64,000 nt of DNA. It comes from Bacteroidia bacterium. GTDB lineage: Bacteria; Bacteroidota; Bacteroidia; M30B66. Shown here piece after piece: positions 53,653 to 63,919 of the stretch (positions within the stretch are counted from its first letter, which is position 1; each line of letters opens with the position of its first letter). The stretch spans positions 1,472,001 through 1,536,000 of the forward strand of contig OZ257142.1 of the NCBI GenBank assembly GCA_965279035.1. Direction: 5' to 3'. The position numbers were made by a program, and so were the translations under genes. The notes under the pieces were generated by a model. The model was not told the DNA's origin. It searched no databases and saw only the letters and a list, made by a program, of their open reading frames with translations.

Positions 53653-54033
53653 TTGTGCGGTTGAATTATCAATTTATTTTTTTCATTTCAATCAATGAAT
53701 TATCGCTGTTAATGCTTCTTGTCACTTTATCATTCATGTTTGTCTACGTCGTATTCCTTTCTTGTCTTGACACAAGAAAGGAATCAAAGAAGGTCAAGTC
53801 TGGACGATGCTGCTTACGCTCAAGGCCTTTTTTCGACCATTTTGCAAGGATAAGCTTTTTTCGCATCTATGTCGAAACACACCCTCGCCGCCCAGACATA
53901 GCCACCACACTGATCCGTTTTTAAACCTAATTTTAATTTAAAATAATTTAATTTATATGCATATCATAAGTATTGATTATTAGGGTAAGCGATAAATAGT
54001 GTTGAAGGATAATTCTAATTTTAAACCACACAA
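53653..54033. mobile_element. MITE-like element copy 2 (uninterrupted, ~380 bp)
   Basis: Termini ttgtgcggtt/aaccacacaa; diverged direct copy of 50069-51468; internal stems. Confidence 0.75.
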
Positions 54034-54044
54034 CTTATTAATAC

Positions 54045-54701
54045 TTATCTCATCAACAGTATATTCCCGTTTTTAGAAGTTTCTTCCATATTAATAAATT
54101 TATATTTTAATAAATACATATAATTCCCATCTGGGCTATCTTCTTGTTGATTTTTACCATTCCAGAATTCGTTAGGATTAGTAGATTTGAAAACGACGTT
54201 ACCCCATCGATTAAAAACAGATAATTCATATTTTTCAAAAAGGCAAAGTGACTTTATTTCTAAAAAATCATTTTTCCCATCATTATTAGGAGTAATAACT
54301 TTACTTATTTCAACTGCGCATTTTTCTTGTTTCATTAGATTTTGCTTGGATTGACACGAATCAATGTGTATAGTGCGAATTAATGTATCAATACCTAATG
54401 AAGTGTTAATGTGGGCAGTTACTTTATAAGATCCTTTATTAAAGAATGTGTGGGTGGATGTATTTCCAACAGCCTTATTATTAATTCCACTTCTGGGGTC
54501 ATCAAAGTACCAAGCAACAAATTGTCCCGCAATAGGGTTACTAAGAGAGAATTGGATTAAATTCCCTAGACAACTATCAGAATATTGAATTCTGGAAGAT
54601 TGTTGTAATATTGGATTATTCTCAATATGATTATTTCCACTTAGAGAATTTGGGATGAAAGGTAAAAAGCTAAATAGGAGATATAGGAGATGTTTTTGCA
54701 T
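54045..54701 (-). CDS. PKD-like domain + T9SS type B (gliding-motility-associated) C-terminal domain protein
   Basis: WYFDDP...HTF...GSYKV; ITPNNDGKND, VFNRWG, WNG, GNYMY, GNILLMR. Confidence 0.85.
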   Translation of the reverse strand: MQKHLLYLLFSFLPFIPNSLSGNNHIENNPILQQSSRIQYSDSCLGNLIQFSLSNPIAGQFVAWYFDDPRSGINNKAVGNTSTHTFFNKGSYKVTAHINTSLGIDTLIRTIHIDSCQSKQNLMKQEKCAVEISKVITPNNDGKNDFLEIKSLCLFEKYELSVFNRWGNVVFKSTNPNEFWNGKNQQEDSPDGNYMYLLKYKFINMEETSKNGNILLMR

Positions 54702-54844
54702 TTGAATAAAATCAATTATTTAGAGAATTGAATTTTAGTGCAATTTAATCATTCATATTGGTATTACTTAATTAAAAACCTTACTAAGTGAAATATTAGT
54801 GATTGTTATTTTAAGTAAGGAATGTTACATATTTCATTAATATT

Positions 54845-55348
54845 TTATTTCTGTTGAATTTTAATATCACCAAATACATTCCAAGTTCCATCTGGATTTT
54901 TCAATTTGGATTGTATTTCCCAATGTGTAGGATCCATGAATATGAATAGAGTACTCATAAGTCCTTCGGGATAATCAAATTGAAAATCAATGACTGAATT
55001 TGCCTTTTTCCCAATGCCTAATGTTTTAGAAAATGGTCCTCCAAACTGATCTATCCAATGAGCAATGTATTGTTCTTTTTTACAATCATAACCAATAAAT
55101 ATTTCAGCTGCATAAGCTGGAACATTTGCCGTATCGCTTAAACTGATTTGGAAAAACTGGTGATTTAAAATCCATTTTCCTACGATATAATAATCAACAT
55201 TATCGCCAGCAACAACGCCTTTTCCAATCCATTTTCCTTGTAATTTCTCCAATTGATTATCCACGAAAATAGAATCAAAACAAGGTGTATCTTGAGAATA
55301 GACAGTTGAAAATACACAAAGCGTAAAAATTAAAATGATGAGTTTCAT
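54845..55348 (-). CDS. Exported DUF1579-like protein
   Basis: Signal peptide; LQGKWIGKG, WILNHQF, IGYD...YIAHWID. Confidence 0.6.
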   Translation of the reverse strand: MKLIILIFTLCVFSTVYSQDTPCFDSIFVDNQLEKLQGKWIGKGVVAGDNVDYYIVGKWILNHQFFQISLSDTANVPAYAAEIFIGYDCKKEQYIAHWIDQFGGPFSKTLGIGKKANSVIDFQFDYPEGLMSTLFIFMDPTHWEIQSKLKNPDGTWNVFGDIKIQQK

Positions 55349-55364
55349 TGTTCAAGCTTATCTA

Positions 55365-56126
55365 TTATTTTTTCATGATTTGAATATCATCCACCCAAAC
55401 TTCCATGTCTGAATCATGCGTATTAGCAGTAATTCCAAACTCAATGCTGCTATACATGCCTTTGGTTCCTTGTTGAAAATAGAGCACATCTTTGGGCAGG
55501 GTTTTCCAGTTGTTTTGATCAATAATTAACACATCATCTTGCCAAACTTTCACATATCCTTTTTTCTTTTGTGATAATTTAGTTTCAAATCGAATGTGAA
55601 CCCATTGATTTCGCGGCATTGGAACGGGTGTTGAATTCAATTGTAAAATATCTGGATTATTGTATTTATGTTCTACGCGAAGTGAACCATCTACCATGGC
55701 TAAACGCATTCCAGGTCCAGCACCAATAGCAGTTTGTTCCTCTAAATCGAGTAAGAATAGCCAATCGGCTGAATCATTTCCTGCAATAAAATACCAGCCT
55801 TCAACTACCAGAATCTCATTTGCCCAAAAAGCCATATTTTGTTTTGCTATACTGGCTTTTGATGCTCCTTGTTCATTTGTTGATTTTGATGCTTTAAAAT
55901 GAATGCTTTTCGATCCTGTGTGTGCAAAACTAGAATCTACTTCAATGGTATTATCCGAATAAGTTAATTGAGTAAAGGACCATTTTACATCATTATCTGG
56001 AAGCATTTGTTCCAAGGTTGAATAGCTTTCAAAATCATCGGAATAGGCGTTTGGACCATCGAATATTTTTTTCTTATTACACGAAATCAGCAACAATCCG
56101 AAAATGAAGAGGAGTATTTTTTTCAT
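55365..56126 (-). CDS. Lipoprotein with a beta-jelly-roll (polysaccharide-lyase/ConA-like) fold
   Basis: LISC lipobox; DDFE, AHTGSKS, PRNQWVHI, GYVKVWQD, VWVDDI. Confidence 0.6.
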   Translation of the reverse strand: MKKILLFIFGLLLISCNKKKIFDGPNAYSDDFESYSTLEQMLPDNDVKWSFTQLTYSDNTIEVDSSFAHTGSKSIHFKASKSTNEQGASKASIAKQNMAFWANEILVVEGWYFIAGNDSADWLFLLDLEEQTAIGAGPGMRLAMVDGSLRVEHKYNNPDILQLNSTPVPMPRNQWVHIRFETKLSQKKKGYVKVWQDDVLIIDQNNWKTLPKDVLYFQQGTKGMYSSIEFGITANTHDSDMEVWVDDIQIMKK

Positions 56127-56596
56127 TTTTTAGAGGATAATTGAAGTCCAAACGTAATTCCAACCCAGTGTTGCCATTGAAAATTAATCAAATAGGAAAC
56201 TATGGGTGTATAAGCAAAACGCCAATAATGTCGCTTGTTTTCTGGTTGAAACCGATAACCAAAACTTAATGGCATCATGAAAAACAGGTTTCCTTTGGTT
56301 GTAATAGAAACGGTTTGGCCAATACCTAAATCTAATTTATGAGCAGATTTTCCTAAGCAATGATGAAGCATGAGAGGAAAAACGAGAGCAGTTCCATTGT
56401 TTCGATCGATTGGTGCTAAACTAAATCCAATGCGATAATATAGTTGTGATGCTGGTTTATTGCGAATGGAATTTTCAAAATTGAAAGAAACAATTCCGCC
56501 ACTTCCTGCTAATTCGAAAGAAAGAAAACGATTGTTTTGTCCTGAAATAAAGTTATTCGATAGGAATAAGAACAAAAACAAGGTGAATTGCTTCAT
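56123..56596 (-). CDS. Small outer-membrane beta-barrel-like hypothetical protein
   Basis: Signal peptide from ATG 56596; ELAGSGG..SFNFE, GYRFQ, WVGITFG; overlaps the next gene. Confidence 0.6.
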   Translation of the reverse strand: MKQFTLFLFLFLSNNFISGQNNRFLSFELAGSGGIVSFNFENSIRNKPASQLYYRIGFSLAPIDRNNGTALVFPLMLHHCLGKSAHKLDLGIGQTVSITTKGNLFFMMPLSFGYRFQPENKRHYWRFAYTPIVSYLINFQWQHWVGITFGLQLSSKK

Positions 56597-56867
56597 GTTA
56601 GATTTCTGAAAATGCATTGGTAAAGTACAAATTAATCGATAACAAAATGGCTATTAAAAATATACGTATTGGCTGATTCTTTTAACTGAATGAATTAATC
56701 ACTCATGTTTGAATCAAGGATTTAATGAGAAATTTTAATTGATTTTCTAATCGTTGGATTAATTTGAAAGTATCAAAACACTTCAATGATCGTTTTAACT
56801 TATTTTATCTTATTAATAAAATTGATTTGAAAAGAATATTTTACAATCTTATGATATACAAAGCACC

Positions 56868-57623
56868 TTATGAAACAATATTGGCTTTTATCAATAGGGC
56901 GCTTCCTTGCCAATCGCTAAGTTCTACTATAGATTCTGGAATACCTTTTACAAATTCATCTAGGGCTTTCTTTACCCCAGGCCAAGTATGGTTATAATCA
57001 TGAATCATGATGATGCCTCCCTGTGATAGTTTTGGATAAAAATAATTCAATGCATTTAAGGTTGGTAAATATAAATCGGCATCAAGATGGACAAAAGCGA
57101 ATGTTGTTTTGGGGATTTCACGTGTAGTTTCTGGGAAATAACCTTGATGAAATCGGATATTAGTAGAGGAAGTAAATTTTGATTTCACCTCGCTTAAGTT
57201 AGTATCCGAGAAGTTACCAGAATTGTATTTCGTATCCTGATTATTTTCCTTGATTAAATCATCTGCATGAAATCCCTCAAACGTATCAAATAGATGCAGT
57301 ATACGTGAAGCGTCCATTTCATGTATCATCCTTGCTGTTTCTCCTTTGTATACTCCTAATTCAGCAAAATCACCCGGAATATTTAATTGTTTAAGCCGTT
57401 CAATTTGAAACCAAAAAGTGTAGAATCGGACTTTATCGCGGTAGTTATTCTCTATGTGAATTAATGCAGTACTCACTTGTTTTTTATTCACCGCATCTTC
57501 CCATTTCCATGGTTTACTTAGCTTATATGACCATTTACTTTCTAGGATTTTAAATCCTAGAAAAAAGAAAATTAGGAGTAATAAAATGCTTAAACTTTCG
57601 TAAATACTAATTGATTGAAACAT
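56868..57623 (-). CDS. TylF/MycF/NovP-family O-methyltransferase with an N-terminal TM helix
   Basis: PGDFAELGVYKG, LFDTFEGF, GYFPET, VHLDADLY, GGII.IHDY. Confidence 0.88.
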   Translation of the reverse strand: MFQSISIYESLSILLLLIFFFLGFKILESKWSYKLSKPWKWEDAVNKKQVSTALIHIENNYRDKVRFYTFWFQIERLKQLNIPGDFAELGVYKGETARMIHEMDASRILHLFDTFEGFHADDLIKENNQDTKYNSGNFSDTNLSEVKSKFTSSTNIRFHQGYFPETTREIPKTTFAFVHLDADLYLPTLNALNYFYPKLSQGGIIMIHDYNHTWPGVKKALDEFVKGIPESIVELSDWQGSALLIKANIVS

Positions 57624-57662
57624 TCCGGCTATCCATTTATTGATTTCTTATTTTCCAATGTT

Positions 57663-58418
57663 TTATTTCAATTCTTCTTTCGATTTATTTATCCACGTTA
57701 TACTGTGTGATTTTTCTTTTCTATTCATTTGTTCCGCCTCATCAACAATTTGTTGAAATTGCTTTTGAGCTTGTTCCATGCGATTGTTACGTTTCAAAAA
57801 CTCTCCAAATAAATACCGTGCTTCATAATTCGAAAAACGGTGATTCATTGCCGAAAATTGCTTTTCAGCAGCTTCGATATTTCCAATTTTTTCAAGCGCT
57901 TGTGCATAAACCAAGCTTCCTGTTGTACTCGAAAAATGGGCATTGTTCTTTATCTTTTCTGCTAATTTTACAACATCTTCGTAACGCCCAACCGAAAAAT
58001 AAGCTTTCATCAATTGAATTACTACATGCTCATTATCTTCAAATACTCCAGTTAATCCCGATTCATAAAGTTCGATTGCTTCCTCAAATAGTTGTTTATT
58101 TAAATATGCATCAGCTAAAACAATACGATTGGTAAACGTATCTGAAAAACGAAATTTCTTTTCTAAATCTCGAATTCGTCCTCCTGGATTTATGAGTTGA
58201 CCTACATTATTTTGAACCTTATTTACATGCCTTTTTTGGATGATTTCGGTAAAAAAATAGGCAATACTTCCAATGAGTGGGAGGAAGACAATTAACCAAA
58301 TCCATTTTTGTAACAAGCCATTTCTTAGCGCATGAATGACACATACTGCTTGAAACACAATGATCAAGTAATAATACCCGTAAAAAACTTCGAACACGCT
58401 TTTTAAATTAATGTGCAA
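57663..58418 (-). CDS. Membrane-anchored TPR protein; start uncertain
   Basis: CVIHA...WIWLIVFLPLIGSIAYF then TPR-like helices. Confidence 0.75.
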   Translation of the reverse strand: MHINLKSVFEVFYGYYYLIIVFQAVCVIHALRNGLLQKWIWLIVFLPLIGSIAYFFTEIIQKRHVNKVQNNVGQLINPGGRIRDLEKKFRFSDTFTNRIVLADAYLNKQLFEEAIELYESGLTGVFEDNEHVVIQLMKAYFSVGRYEDVVKLAEKIKNNAHFSSTTGSLVYAQALEKIGNIEAAEKQFSAMNHRFSNYEARYLFGEFLKRNNRMEQAQKQFQQIVDEAEQMNRKEKSHSITWINKSKEELK

Positions 58419-58473
58419 ACTTAATCATTAGAATCTTCTATGCTTCAAATGAATAATTAAAACTATTTCTTAT

Positions 58474-58875
58474 TCATCGGTTTTCGAAAAACTCAGTCAT
58501 TGGTTCCCAATAAAAATCATCCCAACCTTTTTCTAAAGATGAAACTTTGTGCTCAGGTATATCAGTTTGTTTGAACTGCATGCGGGTGCCTTCTCCCTCT
58601 TTTTCAAAATTAAATTCACAACGCGAAAAATGATCATCTGGCCATCCATCTTCTTCAAAATGCCATTCTTGAACTATCTTTTTTCCCGGTACTAACTCAA
58701 GATTTCTTCCATGAACATAGCCATCAAACGCACTAAACTTCCCATGTATTTCTTTGCTCATTTTTACTTCTGAACCAGTAAATTCAGCATGTTTTGCTTC
58801 ATCCATCAGGGCTTCATAAACATCTTGCGGTTGTGCTGGAAAGTAAATAGATTGTTCAATTGATCCGGTTTTCAT
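58474..58875 (-). CDS. SRPBCC/AHSA1-like protein
   Basis: VYEALMD, GKFSAFDG, ELVPGKKIVQEW, GWDDFYW. Confidence 0.88.
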   Translation of the reverse strand: MKTGSIEQSIYFPAQPQDVYEALMDEAKHAEFTGSEVKMSKEIHGKFSAFDGYVHGRNLELVPGKKIVQEWHFEEDGWPDDHFSRCEFNFEKEGEGTRMQFKQTDIPEHKVSSLEKGWDDFYWEPMTEFFENR

Positions 58876-59221
58876 AGCAGGTGAATTTTGATTTAATACT
58901 ACAAAATAATTCTATTATCCAAGATGATTTTTGAATTTCGTCCTATTCATTTACTAATAAAAATCGCTCAAATTTTAATTTCTTCGTTTGATTCAAATGA
59001 AGAAATTGACTGTTTTTTATGCAATTATTTCTTAATCAAATACCTAATCCTTTCTCATTTCAATGATTCCTATTTTTTCTACTTAATTCGTTTCGTTTAG
59101 ATGTTGGTTATTAAAAAACTCTTATTATTACGAACTAGTTACTGATCCTTTTCAACTTCGATTCTCAAACATCTTGGTTAAAAATCAACAACTAAATTGA
59201 AGCTAATATCCTAACAAATAC

Positions 59222-61003
59222 ATGGAGCCAACCAACATCAAGGACCCTGAATACTTTCATAAAGTAGTTGATTGTCAATACGCTTGTCCTGCTCATACTC
59301 CCGTTCCCGAATACATCCGTCTCATCGCCCAAGAAAAATACGATGAAGCCTACATTGTAAACTGGGATTCCAATGTGTTTCCTGGTGTGCTCGGTCGTAC
59401 CTGCGATCGCCCTTGTGAGCCAGCCTGTCGTCGCGGTCGAGTAGAGGAGGAGCCTGTTGCTATTTGTCGCCTCAAACGTGTAGCCGCCGATAATAAAGGC
59501 AACGTAAAAAATTTAATGCCTCAAGGTCCTTTCAAACCGAATGGTAAAAAAATCGCCCTAATCGGCGCTGGACCAGCTTCTCTTACTGTTAGTCGTGACC
59601 TAGCTCCACTTGGATACGAAATTCACCTCTACGATGAGCAAAAACTCGGTGGTGGTTTCATGCGTAGCCAAATTCCATCTTTCCGACTTCCCGAAACAGT
59701 TCTCAATGAAGAGGTAAATTATATTCTCGATTTGGGAATTCACACGCATTTCAATCATTATGTTTCAAGCTTGAAAGAGCTTCTATCAAAGGATTATGAT
59801 GCCGTTTTCATCGGTTCTGGAGCACCTAAAGGACGCGATCTACCTGAATTACCCGGTAGGACAGAAGGCGATTCCAATATTCACATTGGGATAAATTGGC
59901 TTGCAAGTGTAGCTTTTGAACACACATCTAAAATTGGAAAGAAAGTTATCGTTCTCGGTGGTGGAAATACTGCCATGGATTGCTGTCGTACTGCTCGTCG
60001 TTTAGGTGGAGAAGAAGTGAAAGTGGTTGTTCGTAGCCCATTTGCTGATATGAAAGCTTCTCCTTGGGAGAAAGAAGATGCGCAACACGAAGACATTCCT
60101 ATCATCGATAATCACGTACCTAAAAGTTTCGTGGTTGAGCAAGGTGTATTAAAGGGAATGATGTTCAGCAAAGTGCATCCAGTGTTCGAAAATGGAAAAC
60201 GTAAACTCGTTCCAACGGGCGAAGCAGATGTATTTATTGAAGCCGATGATGTACTCGTTGCAATTGGACAAGAAAATAGTTTTCCTTGGTTAGAACGTGA
60301 TTTAGGTGTTGAGTTTGACGAATGGAATATGCCTATCGTGAACGAAACAACTTTCGTTTCTACAAACCCAAAAGTGTTCTTCGGTGGTGATGCTGCTTGG
60401 GGACCTAAAAATGTCATTACAGCCGTAGCACACGGACATCAAGCGGCCATTTCAATTGATCTTTTCTGTCGCAATGAAGCATTAACCAATCGACCTTCAC
60501 CATACGTAAATCTCGTTAGTCAGAAAATGGGATTGCACGAATGGGCGTATGAAAGTGAAGTAGTAAATGATGTCCGATACATTGTTCCTCAAGCGGATAA
60601 GAAGTTAACACTTCCCGATCGTAAAAAGGAAGTAGAACTTGGATTTAGCAAACTAGATGGTTACAAAGAAGCACAACGTTGTTTGAATTGTGATGTTCAA
60701 ACTGTTTTCATCGAATCAAAATGCATCGAATGTGATGCCTGCATGGATATTTGTCCAACATCCTGCATCACTTTCGTTGAAAATGATGATGAAACCGATT
60801 TGCGTGCTAGTTTGAAAATGCCAGCCAATAATTTGAGTCAAGATATTTATGTGTCCGAACCGCTTAAAACAACCCGCGTTATGGTGAAGGACGAGAATGT
60901 GTGTCTGCATTGTGGACTATGTGCCGAACGTTGTCCAACTTCAGCTTGGGACATGCAGAAATTCTTTTTTAACGTTACAAAAGCTCATACAGGATGTCTG
61001 TAA
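59222..61003 (+). CDS. GltD/SudA-like FAD-dependent NAD(P)H oxidoreductase with a C-terminal 2x[4Fe-4S] ferredoxin domain
   Basis: CQYACP, CDRPCEPAC, GAGPAS, GGGNTAMD, GGD; CIECDACMDICP and CLHCGLCAERCP. Confidence 0.88.
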   Translation: MEPTNIKDPEYFHKVVDCQYACPAHTPVPEYIRLIAQEKYDEAYIVNWDSNVFPGVLGRTCDRPCEPACRRGRVEEEPVAICRLKRVAADNKGNVKNLMPQGPFKPNGKKIALIGAGPASLTVSRDLAPLGYEIHLYDEQKLGGGFMRSQIPSFRLPETVLNEEVNYILDLGIHTHFNHYVSSLKELLSKDYDAVFIGSGAPKGRDLPELPGRTEGDSNIHIGINWLASVAFEHTSKIGKKVIVLGGGNTAMDCCRTARRLGGEEVKVVVRSPFADMKASPWEKEDAQHEDIPIIDNHVPKSFVVEQGVLKGMMFSKVHPVFENGKRKLVPTGEADVFIEADDVLVAIGQENSFPWLERDLGVEFDEWNMPIVNETTFVSTNPKVFFGGDAAWGPKNVITAVAHGHQAAISIDLFCRNEALTNRPSPYVNLVSQKMGLHEWAYESEVVNDVRYIVPQADKKLTLPDRKKEVELGFSKLDGYKEAQRCLNCDVQTVFIESKCIECDACMDICPTSCITFVENDDETDLRASLKMPANNLSQDIYVSEPLKTTRVMVKDENVCLHCGLCAERCPTSAWDMQKFFFNVTKAHTGCL

Positions 61004-62793
61004 ATCATATCGTCAACGACTTTGTCATTCGTTTCGCCAATGTCAATGGAACGGGTTCAGCCAGTGCCAACTATTTATTTTGCAAAGCCATTTTCCGGAT
61101 GGGAATTCCGGTTACACCTAAAAATATTTTCCCTTCCAATATTCAGGGATTGCCCACTTGGTACGAAGTACGTGTAAGTGAAAAAGGATATCTAGGTCGT
61201 CGTGAAGGTGTCGATTTTATGGTATCTGTCAATCCGCAAAGCATGGCCGATGATGTGGCAAATGTGCGTTCGGGTGGATATTTTTTCTATGATAGCACCA
61301 AGCAATTACATCCTCGTTTTATCCGTGAAGATGTGAATTACATTGGTATTCCTCTCATGGAAATGTGCAATAATGCATTCACCGATGCTCGTCAGCGACA
61401 GCTATTCAAAAACATCATTTACGTAGGCGCATTATCAGCACTGCTTAATATCGATTTCAGTGTTTTTGAAAGCTTGTTAGAAGAACAATTCAAGGGCAAA
61501 GAAAAACTCATCGCTCCCAACATTAAAGCATTAAAAATGGGTGTCGATTATGTTGAGGCAAACCATGCATTTCCTCTTGATATACGTGTTGAACGCCGCG
61601 ATTTAGTCGGAGATTCCATTTTAATTGATGGAAATTCTGCCTGTGGATTAGGGGCGGTTTATGGTGGAGCAACGGTAGCAGCTTGGTATCCAATAACTCC
61701 TTCTACTTCGGTGGTAGAAGCATTCATGAATTATTCGGATGAATTCCGTGTAGATGCAGAAACTGGAAAACGCAATTTAGCTATCATTCAAGCCGAAGAT
61801 GAGCTTTCTGCAATCGGGATGGTAATTGGTGCTAACTGGAATGGAGCTCGATCATTCACAGCCACCAGCGGTCCAGGACTTTCACTTATGAATGAATTTC
61901 TCGGGTTAGCCTACTTCGCTGAAATTCCAACTGTATTAATTGATGTGCAACGAACAGGTCCTTCCACTGGAATGCCTACACGTACGCAGCAATCCGATAT
62001 ACTTGAAGGTGCTTATGCTTCACATGGTGATACAAAACACATTTTACTTTTTCCATCCACTCCGAAAGAGTGTTTTGATATGACGGTAGATGCGTTCGAC
62101 TTAACTGAACAGCTGCAAACTCCTGTCATACTTATGACCGATCTTGACTTGGGGATGAATGATCACATGTCGAAACCATTTCAGTGGGACGATCATCGAG
62201 AATACAAACGAGGAAAAGTATTGGATGCAGAAGCATTAGAAGATATTGAGCGTTTTGGTCGTTACCTCGATGTGGATGGTGATGGAATCGCTTATCGCAC
62301 ATATCCCGGAACACATCCAACAAAAGGTTCGTATTTCACTCGCGGAACTTCTCGCGACGAATATGCTGTTTACACCGAAAATGGTGATGTGTACGAGAAA
62401 AATATGGATCGCCTGATTAAGAAATGGAACACTGCTAAAGACTATGTGCCAGCTCCAGATGTTTATCAGAATTCAAACACTTCGAAATATGGAGTTTTAT
62501 TCTTTGGAACATCTCAGTATTCAACCGAAGAGGCGATTGATATTTTAAAGGCAGATGGAGTGAATTTAGATGCCATTCGCATTAAATCATTTCCATTTAA
62601 TAAATCAGTCGAAGACTTTATCAACTCGCATGATAAAGTATTTGTAGTTGAACAAAATCGTGATGCACAAATGAAAAGTTTGCTCATGATTGAACTCGCT
62701 GCTAATCCTCAAAAATTAGTATCGGTACTCAATTACAACGGACTACCAATCACAGCCGATTATATTGTAAAATCAATTCAGGCTGCTATTTAA
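60994..62793 (+). CDS. korA: 2-oxoacid:ferredoxin oxidoreductase alpha subunit (gamma-alpha fusion)
   Basis: NVNGTGS, WYPITPST, QAEDE, TATSGPG, QRTGPSTGMPT, VVEQN; substrate specificity not proven. Confidence 0.85.
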   Translation: MSVNHIVNDFVIRFANVNGTGSASANYLFCKAIFRMGIPVTPKNIFPSNIQGLPTWYEVRVSEKGYLGRREGVDFMVSVNPQSMADDVANVRSGGYFFYDSTKQLHPRFIREDVNYIGIPLMEMCNNAFTDARQRQLFKNIIYVGALSALLNIDFSVFESLLEEQFKGKEKLIAPNIKALKMGVDYVEANHAFPLDIRVERRDLVGDSILIDGNSACGLGAVYGGATVAAWYPITPSTSVVEAFMNYSDEFRVDAETGKRNLAIIQAEDELSAIGMVIGANWNGARSFTATSGPGLSLMNEFLGLAYFAEIPTVLIDVQRTGPSTGMPTRTQQSDILEGAYASHGDTKHILLFPSTPKECFDMTVDAFDLTEQLQTPVILMTDLDLGMNDHMSKPFQWDDHREYKRGKVLDAEALEDIERFGRYLDVDGDGIAYRTYPGTHPTKGSYFTRGTSRDEYAVYTENGDVYEKNMDRLIKKWNTAKDYVPAPDVYQNSNTSKYGVLFFGTSQYSTEEAIDILKADGVNLDAIRIKSFPFNKSVEDFINSHDKVFVVEQNRDAQMKSLLMIELAANPQKLVSVLNYNGLPITADYIVKSIQAAI

Positions 62794-62817
62794 TTTTCCC
62801 AATCAGGCAACATCACC

Positions 62818-63870
62818 ATGACATACATTCGCCCGAAATTCCGTCACCCCGAACTTCCTAAAAACGATTTAGGATATTCGGTCGATTATTACGAAGGTGC
62901 GCTTTCAACCTTATGTGCAGGCTGCGGACACGATTCTATCAGTGCAGGTATTATTCAAGCTGCTTACGAAATGAATATCGAGCCGCATCGTTTAGCTAAA
63001 CTTTCAGGTATCGGTTGTTCATCTAAAACTCCTGCTTATTTCTTAAGTAATTCGCATGGCTTTAACAGTGTTCACGGACGAATGCCTTCAGTTGCTACAG
63101 GTGCAAACATGGCCAATCGTGACCTTATTTATCTGGGTGTTTCGGGTGATGGCGATTCAGCTTCAATCGGAATGGGGCAGTTTGTTCATGTCATCCGCCG
63201 AAATCTCAACATGGTGTATATCGTGATGAATAACGGTTGTTATGGACTAACGAAAGGACAAGATTCTGCTACAGCCGATGCCGGATCAAAAAATAAATCG
63301 GGAAATACGAATCTATTTCAATCGATAGATTTAGCCAGTTTGGCTATTGAACTCGGAGCTACCTTTGTTGCACAGAGTTTTTCAGGTGATAAATCACAGC
63401 TCGTCCCGCTCATTAAAGCAGCGATGAAACATCCGGGATTTGCCTTTATCAATGTGATTTCACCTTGTGTGACATTCAATAATAATGTGGGTTCAACAAA
63501 ATCCTACGACTTCGTTCGCGAACACGTGGAAGCTACTGCTACCATCGATTTTGTGCCCGAAATGGCGGAGATTACGACTTCCTATAATGAAGGTAGTATG
63601 AAAGCAATTCAGCTACACGATGGAACGTATTTACAATTGCATAAACTCAATCAGGAATGGGATCCATCTGATCGTTTTTCGGCCATCACAGCAGTTCAAA
63701 AAGCAAAGGTGAATAACGAAATTCTTACTGGACTTTTATATTTAAATCCAGAAGCGGTTGATTTACATGATATGATTAACACATCTTCCAAACCCTTGAA
63801 TACATTGACGAAAGAAGAATTGTGTCCGGGTGCTGAAGCATTAAAAGCGATTAATAAAGAATTGAGATAA
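62818..63870 (+). CDS. korB: 2-oxoacid:ferredoxin oxidoreductase beta subunit
   Basis: LCAGCGH, SGIGCSS, HGR, GDGD...NN TPP motif, YGLTKGQ, SPCVTFN. Confidence 0.87.
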   Translation: MTYIRPKFRHPELPKNDLGYSVDYYEGALSTLCAGCGHDSISAGIIQAAYEMNIEPHRLAKLSGIGCSSKTPAYFLSNSHGFNSVHGRMPSVATGANMANRDLIYLGVSGDGDSASIGMGQFVHVIRRNLNMVYIVMNNGCYGLTKGQDSATADAGSKNKSGNTNLFQSIDLASLAIELGATFVAQSFSGDKSQLVPLIKAAMKHPGFAFINVISPCVTFNNNVGSTKSYDFVREHVEATATIDFVPEMAEITTSYNEGSMKAIQLHDGTYLQLHKLNQEWDPSDRFSAITAVQKAKVNNEILTGLLYLNPEAVDLHDMINTSSKPLNTLTKEELCPGAEALKAINKELR

Positions 63871-63888
63871 TTCACTATTTATTAAATG

Positions 63889-63919
63889 AAAAAGAAGGCT
63901 TATGGCCTTCTTTTTTTTT
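63889..63919 (+). terminator. Intrinsic terminator of the oxidoreductase operon
   Basis: aaaaagaaggc-ttatg-gccttc followed by T9. Confidence 0.88.

Noticed and set aside
53655-53924. 89-aa ORF inside MITE-like copy 2
   Set aside because: Frame not preserved in copy 1; no motif
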